Source: a virus | Lineage: Duplodnaviria > Caudoviricetes | Virus record (IMG/VR): IMGVR_UViG_3300032373_000006 | Coordinates: 3,739 to 67,738 of that record | Strand: one strand, 5' to 3' | DNA: 64,000 nt | Shown here: in pieces, positions 8,678 through 16,119 of the stretch | Layout: each line of letters starts with the position of its first letter | Position numbering within the stretch: the first letter of the stretch is position 1 | Position numbers and translations under genes: made by a program | Notes under the pieces: model-generated | Seen by the model: only the letters and a program-made list of their open reading frames with translations | Databases searched by the model: none | Told to the model about the DNA's origin: nothing

Positions 8678-9559
8678 CTAGAACGGGATCTCTTCGTCAC
8701 CATCAGCGGACTTCTTACCGCCGCCAGAGTTGCCTCCACCAGCACCAGCAGCATCATCAGCGCCGGAGCCTTTCATGCTGTCATGATCAGCGCGAGCAAG
8801 GCCATTGTCGATCATCTTGGCGAATTCACGCCCTTCGTCCAACAGGGCCTGACCTTCTGGTGATCCAGGATTGATCAGCGATGTGCGATAGGTCTCGTTC
8901 AGCGGCGCAACGGCGAAGGTGTAGAAAGTACCGTCGTTGTTCTTCTGCTTTGCTGTGGAGATCTTGTTGCGGTTCGCATAGATTGGCGGAGCACCTTTGA
9001 GCGAATACATCGAGGTCAGCCAGTCTTTGTAGACCTTGATGTTTGTTGAGGCAAAGCTCAGGACACAGAAGCCCTCGGTGCTTTCGCCGGTTTCGTCAAG
9101 GATCAGGCAATAGATATAATACGTCTCGACCAAGTCGTTGTTGTCAGGCGACTTGAACGGGATGCGCTTGCCATCGGCGTCCTTCGGAGGAATACGCGAA
9201 CCGTTGTTTTTCTTGATTGCGTCAAGGAATACATCACTGTCGATCTCGTGACGCCCAGCAATACCGCCGCCCTTGTTGCGTGGAACCCATTCAACGATTG
9301 CGGCTTCTTTCAGCACTGGCTGAACGATCAGCGGCTGCTTCAAGATTTCGTTGGATACTGAGTTGACGAGATCACCCGCCTTCACATTCTCAATGAGTTC
9401 GTCTTCGACTTCCGGCGAGTTGGACTGCATGATCTTGATAAACGGAATGCTGAGGTCAGCAATCGTTGTCCCTTCGAACCCTGCGTGTGCATCTGCACCA
9501 TAATCATAGGTCTCAGCGACTGCTGTACCCTTCGTGTTTGCGACTTCTTTGCCAGCCAT
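8678..9559 (-). CDS. Putative single-stranded DNA-binding protein
   Basis: Replication-module position; Gly-rich then acidic tail ending DEEIPF. Confidence 0.65.
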   Translation of the reverse strand: MAGKEVANTKGTAVAETYDYGADAHAGFEGTTIADLSIPFIKIMQSNSPEVEDELIENVKAGDLVNSVSNEILKQPLIVQPVLKEAAIVEWVPRNKGGGIAGRHEIDSDVFLDAIKKNNGSRIPPKDADGKRIPFKSPDNNDLVETYYIYCLILDETGESTEGFCVLSFASTNIKVYKDWLTSMYSLKGAPPIYANRNKISTAKQKNNDGTFYTFAVAPLNETYRTSLINPGSPEGQALLDEGREFAKMIDNGLARADHDSMKGSGADDAAGAGGGNSGGGKKSADGDEEIPF

Positions 9560-9638
9560 GATTGGCTCCTTTCGGCTTTAGTTACTCGGTGAGTGATTAG
9601 CAATCAACCCCAACACTATCCTAGTTGGGCAGGACCTC

Positions 9639-10199
9639 TTATTTCTCTTTGACCTTTGCTACACGCTGACGGAAAATGCCAAAGACATCGATCGGCAGGG
9701 CGACGCCTTCACCGAGTTGTTCTTTGACGAATGAAACCAGAGTGGCTGGGTGTACGGAGTAATTGGTCTTGACGATTAGCTTGCCGATGTCCTCGTGCTT
9801 TTCAAGCTCACGTACTTTTGCGAGGAACACCTTGGTGCGCTCTTCCTCACCTTTGCCAAACTCGACAATGACTTGGCGCTTGACGATATGGCCGTAGTCA
9901 TGCTCGTCGAGCCAGTTGATAGCAGGAGCTCGCTTTTCACCAGCGATGCTTGCACGGATATCTTCTTTGAGCTGTAGCTCGCGGCCATCACCGAGGTCGA
10001 ACGTACCGTCCATTCCTTCGGTGGCCTGCGGAATTCTGTGTTGGGCGATATCTTTGACAACAGCTTTGCAAGTTTCAAGCTCTTGTTCTTTTTCGAGTAC
10101 GGCGGCGTCTGCAGCCATTAACTCATCTGCGAGTGTGCGAAGTACAGCCTTGAAGTTCTCTCCGGGTTCATCGCGAAATGCTGCATAATCATCTGTCAT
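9639..10199 (-). CDS. Conserved hypothetical replication-module protein
   Basis: 186-aa ORF with GGAGG SD and its own promoter. Confidence 0.7.
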   Translation of the reverse strand: MTDDYAAFRDEPGENFKAVLRTLADELMAADAAVLEKEQELETCKAVVKDIAQHRIPQATEGMDGTFDLGDGRELQLKEDIRASIAGEKRAPAINWLDEHDYGHIVKRQVIVEFGKGEEERTKVFLAKVRELEKHEDIGKLIVKTNYSVHPATLVSFVKEQLGEGVALPIDVFGIFRQRVAKVKEK

Positions 10200-10220
10200 G
10201 TGTACCTCCAGTAGAACACC

Positions 10221-10249
10221 AAATTACAGCCGGGCCACCCAAAAGACAA
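10221..10249 (-). promoter_or_regulatory. sigma70-like promoter TTGTCT-N17-TAATTT
   Basis: Consensus boxes with 17-bp spacing. Confidence 0.6.
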
Positions 10250-10260
10250 GCGTTATTTAT

Positions 10261-10599
10261 CTAAAACATCTTCGTCATTATCGTCGTATACTCATCATTC
10301 CTACCAGACCATTGTAAGAATGTGACACGACCTTTGTTATAGTGCGCGGCGACAGATGTAGCCATGCCGATAAGACAGGGGTTGCCCACAAGAAGCAGGT
10401 AGTCCTCGTCGGAGAACCCGCTCAGTGATTTATGTAGATCACCTATGACCAACTCAGGATCAAAGGGGTGGGCGGAAGGCGACAGCAGATACACCAGTCT
10501 ACCAAAGGATTCAGCCTTTGAGATACTGGGGAACCTTGGAACCATCACCTTCTTGTCTCTGTCGAAACGCATCTGTTGCTGCACAACGAATACACTCAT
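10261..10599 (-). CDS. Conserved hypothetical protein
   Basis: 112-aa ORF coupled to the SNF2 gene. Confidence 0.65.
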   Translation of the reverse strand: MSVFVVQQQMRFDRDKKVMVPRFPSISKAESFGRLVYLLSPSAHPFDPELVIGDLHKSLSGFSDEDYLLLVGNPCLIGMATSVAAHYNKGRVTFLQWSGRNDEYTTIMTKMF

Positions 10600-12065
10600 A
10601 TCCAATCCTTAGCTGCATCGCCAAGAATTTCAGCTGATACGTTCTTCTTGTTTCGGAGATTCCGAACAACATGGTCGTCAATATCAAAGTCGCTCATGAT
10701 GTCGATGTATGTAACAGGATGCTCATCCATGCCGCCTCGGTGAGCGCGATCCTCAGACTGTAGTCTGTCAATCAAGCGGAAACTGTTGGAGTAGTAGACC
10801 ATCGTCTTCGCTTGGGTAAGTGTAAGACCAGAGCCACCCTTTTGGGCATTCCCAACGAACCATTTATATTCACCACGTTGAAAAGCCAGCTTGTTCTGTT
10901 CAGCTTGGTCTTCGTCGACTGCTCCATCGTAACGGCAAGCACTGTCACCAAGCAGTTCCATGATCTGATCAATGTCGTGTCGGAAACGAGCCCAAATGAT
11001 ACCCTGCGTGTAAGTCTCTTTGTCGATTTGCTCAAGCACCGCCAAACGTGGGTTCTTCTCCGAGAACATGTGAACTGGTTCGTCTTCACCGACAGGAACA
11101 TAGTTACATGCGATCTGTTGCAAGCGCAGCAACATCACGATTGGAAGCTCGGCTGTGATAAGCTCATCGCCTATCTCGATCATCAGCTCTTCTTGAAGCT
11201 CGTTGTAGGCCGCTTTCATTTCGCGGCTGGCCTCGAAATACCGCTTCTGATATAGCTTTGGAGGTAGATCAAGCACATCATCTTTCAGTACGCGATCGCT
11301 GATATCTCCCAGCCATTTCTCCAGCTTGTCTAGGTTTTGATATTCAATGAGTTTATCATATCCTGGATCGTAACCATGTAGAGCTTTGCAATCCGCCGCA
11401 GTGAACCAACGGCCAAAGTAATTTCTGAACTCGACTGTTCCGTGGATTCCTTTGTTCTTCCAGAACCACTCGTCAAGGAATCTGATCTGACTGTAGAGAT
11501 CGAATGGCCCAACGGAGATGGGAGTACCTGTAAGAATTCTGCGATATTTTGCGTACTTCGCAGATGCGACAATTGACTTAGTCCGCTTGGCATTTGGTGT
11601 CTTGATGTTGTGTGCTTCGTCGAGGACATACAGGCATTCCTTTTCTTTCAAGAACTTCCATACTAGAGCCTTGCCCTCTTTGGTCATGAAAGCATTGTAG
11701 CTGATAAGTAGGATAGCGAGACCTTCGTGATTGAACAGACTGTTCATCGCGCGTTTGTGCGCCTGTGTGTTCTTTTTGTTTGTGCGAAAAACCTGCACCG
11801 TTGTTTCGAGCGCAGTCTCTGGTGGCATGTGCGCAGGAATCTCATCAGTGTTCCAGTTACGCTCAACTCCAGGAGGTGCGACAACGAGCATTCCGTTGAT
11901 GTCACCGTTCTCGAACATGATAGAAGCAGTATCAATGATTGGCTTAGTCTTGGCTGTTCCTTGCTCCCACAGAAGACCCCACGACTTTTCATATACGTGG
12001 TTCTGAAGATGCTCTAACTGATGGGAGAATGGCTTGATTTGGTGCTGGTACTCGGTGATATCCAT
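10596..12065 (-). CDS. SNF2-family (SF2) helicase
   Basis: EQGTAKT, LDEAHNIK, LTGTP, GGSGLTLTQA, QSEDRAHRGG motifs. Confidence 0.9.
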   Translation of the reverse strand: MDITEYQHQIKPFSHQLEHLQNHVYEKSWGLLWEQGTAKTKPIIDTASIMFENGDINGMLVVAPPGVERNWNTDEIPAHMPPETALETTVQVFRTNKKNTQAHKRAMNSLFNHEGLAILLISYNAFMTKEGKALVWKFLKEKECLYVLDEAHNIKTPNAKRTKSIVASAKYAKYRRILTGTPISVGPFDLYSQIRFLDEWFWKNKGIHGTVEFRNYFGRWFTAADCKALHGYDPGYDKLIEYQNLDKLEKWLGDISDRVLKDDVLDLPPKLYQKRYFEASREMKAAYNELQEELMIEIGDELITAELPIVMLLRLQQIACNYVPVGEDEPVHMFSEKNPRLAVLEQIDKETYTQGIIWARFRHDIDQIMELLGDSACRYDGAVDEDQAEQNKLAFQRGEYKWFVGNAQKGGSGLTLTQAKTMVYYSNSFRLIDRLQSEDRAHRGGMDEHPVTYIDIMSDFDIDDHVVRNLRNKKNVSAEILGDAAKDWI

Positions 12066-12088
12066 ATTAAATCCTTTGATTATGCCCC

Positions 12089-12117
12089 ACCTTAGCCAAA
12101 GGACGTCGGCAAGACTA
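12089..12117 (-). promoter_or_regulatory. Promoter TAGTCT-N17-TAAGGT
   Basis: Matches phage-wide consensus. Confidence 0.55.
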
Positions 12118-12128
12118 GCTGTATTTCT

Positions 12129-12390
12129 CTGACCATACTTACCATACTAAAATGAAATCAAAAGAAGTAAGTATGACCAGTATAACCACTTGTCATCGTT
12201 GGGTAATTTTGTCCCTGACCATACTTACCATACTTGTCATACTGCTTTACTGGTTGGGCCGACGCTGCCCCGCCCTGCCACCTGTAAAACGGGTGTGTCA
12301 TGTGTGTCAGGTATGGTCAGTGATTTATTTACCAATGATGACAAAGGCTTACAGTTTTCGGTGTGACCATACTGACCATACCTGACCACC
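12129..12390. repeat. Iteron-like GACCATAC repeat array, candidate replication origin
   Basis: 20-mer CTGACCATACTTACCATACT at 12129-12148 and 12215-12234; 13-bp inverted pair 12308-12320 / 12372-12384; tandem copies 12364-12390. Confidence 0.8.
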
Positions 12391-13181
12391 TAGCGCAGCT
12401 TCTTGTAAATCCAAAAACCAATAATACCGACCAAAACACCCATCGCGACACCGACAACAAGATCGCCATTATATGACAAACCCCATGCTGGTAGAGAGCC
12501 AAGAGCAATCTTTGACAGATTGTCGAAAGTAAGACCTTCTTCGACCTGTGCAACACGATTGAGCTTTTCTTCGCCATCTGTGCGGTGATCTGAACCGTCT
12601 TGCTTTTTGCTCGGAGCGGGGATATTTGGAACGTTCTTAGCAAGCATAATAGCACGATCGATAACACCATAATCCATTTTTTGGAATCCGATGCTCTCAC
12701 CCATAACACGGCGAGTCCAACCAACGCCGAATGTCTTCCAGTTGCGAAGGCGCTTCAACCATTTCCAACGCTTGAAGCAGAGAGCATCAATGAGATTTTC
12801 AATATTCTTTGTGCGGATAGCTTGGAGAGTTATATTGCCCAAGACGCCATCCTGCTTGACCCCGATCAGTTCTTGAAGAAACTTGATTGCTCGGCTTGGA
12901 CCTGAGTTGATAGCGAAATCATACAAGGCGTAGTCAAGACCAGTAGGAAGCTCGTCTCCCCATATCTTGTCCCAATACTGCTCTTTGTAGATTGCCAAAA
13001 CTTCTGCTTGGCTGATCAACTTGACTGATTGAATCTTACGCTGTTTGCGAACGCGCCATGCGTTGTATGTTTGTTGAATGACGCCGAAGTTGGTTGCGCC
13101 TCCTGGATCATCTGGGTGATTTACATATCCACCTTCGTGAGCGAGGATCCAACCCGTGCTGATTTCTAAATTTTCTCTCAT
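12390..13181 (-). CDS. Endolysin, GH108 plus peptidoglycan-binding domain, with C-terminal hydrophobic segment
   Basis: HEGGYVNHPDDPGGATNFGV; FGVGWTRR; hydrophobic C-terminus ending YKKLR. Confidence 0.9.
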   Translation of the reverse strand: MRENLEISTGWILAHEGGYVNHPDDPGGATNFGVIQQTYNAWRVRKQRKIQSVKLISQAEVLAIYKEQYWDKIWGDELPTGLDYALYDFAINSGPSRAIKFLQELIGVKQDGVLGNITLQAIRTKNIENLIDALCFKRWKWLKRLRNWKTFGVGWTRRVMGESIGFQKMDYGVIDRAIMLAKNVPNIPAPSKKQDGSDHRTDGEEKLNRVAQVEEGLTFDNLSKIALGSLPAWGLSYNGDLVVGVAMGVLVGIIGFWIYKKLR

Positions 13182-13660
13182 GGATTTACTACCATCCTTT
13201 GCACTTGATCCAACTGGAGTTGAAGCTCTTCAATCTTATCGTCAACCCCACGCAGGATATTTTCCCTGATATTGAATTCTTCTGATCTGCAAGTTGATCT
13301 CATTTTAAGACCCCACGGACCCAAGGCAGAAAGACACGCTTCCACCTTGTACTCTACGCGAGGTTGCAAATCGCAGCTCAGTTGGGTTGGAATTATCAGT
13401 GTAGAGAGCTCAACGACGATATTCTCTTCAACCGCACATCTTTGAATTTCAAATAAATTTCTGTAGACACTTATATTTAGAATTGCTTTTGTTGGAAAAC
13501 TAACATCAGGAGCAACCCTGATATACCGTTCATCGTTAACATCAAAATCTGTTATGTCAACAAACACACTGGTCGGGATAACAGGGGCGACACCAGTCAG
13601 CATAACTAATGCGAGACTCCCATAACCGATTGACACAATAGCTTTTCTAAGAAATTTCAT
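13178..13660 (-). CDS. Hypothetical lysis-region protein with N-terminal TM segment
   Basis: 160-aa ORF overlapping both neighbours by ATGA. Confidence 0.6.
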   Translation of the reverse strand: MKFLRKAIVSIGYGSLALVMLTGVAPVIPTSVFVDITDFDVNDERYIRVAPDVSFPTKAILNISVYRNLFEIQRCAVEENIVVELSTLIIPTQLSCDLQPRVEYKVEACLSALGPWGLKMRSTCRSEEFNIRENILRGVDDKIEELQLQLDQVQRMVVNP

Positions 13661-13848
13661 CTAGGCACACCCCAGAGCATCTCGATTGCAAGACCTTTCA
13701 AGGCCAACCATCCGGCTCCGATTGCAGCGATCCATATTGCGATTTGTCTCATGCCAGCGACGAGCCATTTGGTTCGCTGACTTGAAACGGCCAATTCTCT
13801 TAATACTTGAATTTCTTCGTCTGTGAGTGGCTTAGTTTCGTTAGACAT
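13657..13848 (-). CDS. Small single-TM protein, holin/antiholin-like
   Basis: MSNETKPLTDEEIQVLRELA...IAIWIAAIGAGWLALKGL. Confidence 0.55.
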   Translation of the reverse strand: MSNETKPLTDEEIQVLRELAVSSQRTKWLVAGMRQIAIWIAAIGAGWLALKGLAIEMLWGVPR

Positions 13849-14050
13849 CGACTTCCTCGCATAATGTGTCAATTGTACCGCCGATGTCGGCAACCTCCTC
13901 TTGAGTTTGAGGAGTATCTTGAGTGGATGCGGTCGGCGCGTCTTCGAGCAAAGCTCTACACCATACCGCTTGTGTTTCAGTCCCGAAGGCGTCCCTGCCC
14001 AGACAGGCGCTCAATAGGGTCAAGACCAGAATTGCTAGACTTTTTCTCAT
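13841..14050 (-). CDS. o-spanin (Rz1-like lipoprotein)
   Basis: Signal peptide with lipobox LSAC; overlaps the i-spanin 3' end. Confidence 0.75.
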   Translation of the reverse strand: MRKSLAILVLTLLSACLGRDAFGTETQAVWCRALLEDAPTASTQDTPQTQEEVADIGGTIDTLCEEVDV

Positions 14051-14198
14051 CAAGCTTCTCCTTCGTTCGCTTCGCAGTGATGCGATCAATTTCAACCATG
14101 TCTTGGGTTTTGTCCGCCCCGCCCTTGCGCTTGCCAATGAAGAAGGCCGCAAAGATGGAGAAGACAATACCCCCGACGACTACCAGAGCGTCAATCAT
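13977..14198 (-). CDS. i-spanin (Rz-like)
   Basis: N-terminal TM followed by charged periplasmic helix; overlaps the lipoprotein gene. Confidence 0.7.
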   Translation of the reverse strand: MIDALVVVGGIVFSIFAAFFIGKRKGGADKTQDMVEIDRITAKRTKEKLDEKKSSNSGLDPIERLSGQGRLRD

Positions 14199-14404
14199 GA
14201 CTGATCACGCAAACGAGACAGAACTGACCCAATAGCCAAAGTCACCCCGATGTATCCCATATATTGCTCAGGGATCATAGCTTTGTATTCGTCAGGGATT
14301 TGCATCCACATTGTGGGCAACATGGCGAGGAATGTAATCACCCATGTTGAGTACCATTTCCAGAAGTCTTTCCAGTCATCGACAAGTTTCATTGGTATCT
14401 CCAT
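14195..14404 (-). CDS. Holin-like protein
   Basis: MKLVDDWKDFWKWYSTWV followed by two TM segments. Confidence 0.7.
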   Translation of the reverse strand: MEIPMKLVDDWKDFWKWYSTWVITFLAMLPTMWMQIPDEYKAMIPEQYMGYIGVTLAIGSVLSRLRDQS

Positions 14405-14479
14405 TAAATCCTATAATTACACATAGTTACATCAAAAAAGACGTTTTGGCAAATGATAGCAAATGCGACAGTAAATAAC

Positions 14480-14501
14480 GACCTCTCTGGACGCGCTGGA
14501 T
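14480..14501. repeat. 22-bp dispersed element, inverted copy of 60792-60813 (1 mismatch)
   Basis: Reverse complement ATCCAGCGCGTCCAGAGAGGTC versus ATCCAACGCGTCCAGAGAGGTC. Confidence 0.85.
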
Positions 14502-14528
14502 ACCAGCCACCGCCCTACTGGGCAGCAG

Positions 14529-15428
14529 CTACTCCACAATGTTAACGGTTATGTTATCGACGCGGTTGGTTTCATTTTGCGAGTTCTGAATTGCAATCGT
14601 ACAGTTCTGAGTCAGTACTTGGAACGTCAAAGTAGTTGAAGCAGCATTAGTCATTGGTGTTTCTGCCAGAAGACTTGCAGTTGCTGGATTGTTACCATCA
14701 TATGCTTGCAGCATTGCGTCTGTTGGGTCCCATGCTCCGAAGTCATGTTCGACTCTGAAATCATATGTCTGGAAGATAGCTACGATACTAGATATATCAC
14801 GATAAGCCCAAGCAATAGAATTGTCCGCTGGATATTCAATTAACATGGAATTAAGAGAAATACTGAGATCGAGGAGACCCTCGGATTGCCATCCTTGGAG
14901 ACTGCCGAAGTTGAAAGAGTTTTGAACAATTTCAGTCTCGATAGGTGTAAGGAGAGTAATTTCCATATCTTTTACATAGAGAGTACCGTCTTCACTGTAG
15001 ATACGAATTGTGATAGTATCGTACAGAGAACCGAAGAAGTCAATTGTTTTCACGCCGATCGTTGAGAAGGCCAAACTTTGTAGCTGGCCATATCCAATAT
15101 ATGTTGAACCGTCTATACGAATTTCGTAATTTGAACTGCCGAAACTTGTGGGTGAAACAACCTCGAAAGTAAGTCGGTATTCTTGCTCGGTAGGAGGTAT
15201 TGATAATGAATTTTCAATGTAGCTGTCTGTGTTGTTAGTGAAGTTAGCAATCATAACAGGATCACCACCTTCTGTACCAACCGACAAAGAATTCATATTG
15301 TTTGCTGTCCATGGATCTACAGATGAAGAGAAATCGTAGGTTCTGTATGGCTGCAACCCTGTTGGGAGAACACTGCCTCCTCCTCCACCGCCTTGTGCAG
15401 ATGAACCAAGTATGAGATTTTGTAACAT
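14529..15428 (-). CDS. Putative receptor-binding / carbohydrate-binding tail protein
   Basis: Beta-rich, two CBM-like repeats; last gene of the tail module. Confidence 0.6.
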   Translation of the reverse strand: MLQNLILGSSAQGGGGGGSVLPTGLQPYRTYDFSSSVDPWTANNMNSLSVGTEGGDPVMIANFTNNTDSYIENSLSIPPTEQEYRLTFEVVSPTSFGSSNYEIRIDGSTYIGYGQLQSLAFSTIGVKTIDFFGSLYDTITIRIYSEDGTLYVKDMEITLLTPIETEIVQNSFNFGSLQGWQSEGLLDLSISLNSMLIEYPADNSIAWAYRDISSIVAIFQTYDFRVEHDFGAWDPTDAMLQAYDGNNPATASLLAETPMTNAASTTLTFQVLTQNCTIAIQNSQNETNRVDNITVNIVE

Positions 15429-16117
15429 TATGCAAGTGACCCAATAAGAGAATAGGTGCCTGAGCCTTTCGGCACAAGAGTGACGACTTCGTACTGTCCC
15501 CCGATATCAAGAAGACTACCTGACGAATTGATAGTGGTTGTGCCACCCGCTGCGAATGTCACGGTGCCTGTACCTATAGCTTCGAACGTGCAAGGCTGCA
15601 GACCTGTGAGCGTGTCAGGTACGGTGATTATCACGGCACCAGCACTGTCAATCTGGACGTAACCATTTCCACCGAGCATGGTGTCAGTCACATCAGTATT
15701 GGTGATCAGGGTTGTTTGCAGATCGATACCTGCCACGTTTTGAACAACAGTTGCGAGATTTTCAAGAGTTATGCGCCCACTAACACGTTTCGAGATAGTG
15801 ACGCTAGGACCAGCGGCCTCCGTAACAAGAGGAGTGATATCAGTGATTATCTTTCCAGCTGTGACAGAAGAGATAGTTCCTACAAATATGTTGTTCGTTC
15901 CGTTTGCGAATCCTGAAACAACAATTCTGTCATTGACCGCAAAGCCAGCAGTCAAGAATCCACTACCAGAATCATTGAAACTATCATCTACTGCATCTGC
16001 TGAAATAGTCGCCGCGGTTATCGTAACCGTTGCTGAGGTTGTCGAAACTTCAAGGACATCAGCATCAGCTGCGACAACGAATTCCGGTAGATCGCTAATT
16101 CTTTTTGCTTGTGCCAT
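15428..16117 (-). CDS. Tail fibre / adaptor-like structural protein
   Basis: MAQAKRISDLP start; Thr/Gly/Val-rich; tail-module position. Confidence 0.6.
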   Translation of the reverse strand: MAQAKRISDLPEFVVAADADVLEVSTTSATVTITAATISADAVDDSFNDSGSGFLTAGFAVNDRIVVSGFANGTNNIFVGTISSVTAGKIITDITPLVTEAAGPSVTISKRVSGRITLENLATVVQNVAGIDLQTTLITNTDVTDTMLGGNGYVQIDSAGAVIITVPDTLTGLQPCTFEAIGTGTVTFAAGGTTTINSSGSLLDIGGQYEVVTLVPKGSGTYSLIGSLA

Positions 16118-16119
16118 TC

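Noticed and set aside
12129-12390. CRISPR array
   Set aside because: Repeats are short, in both orientations and irregularly spaced; no unique spacers and no cas genes.
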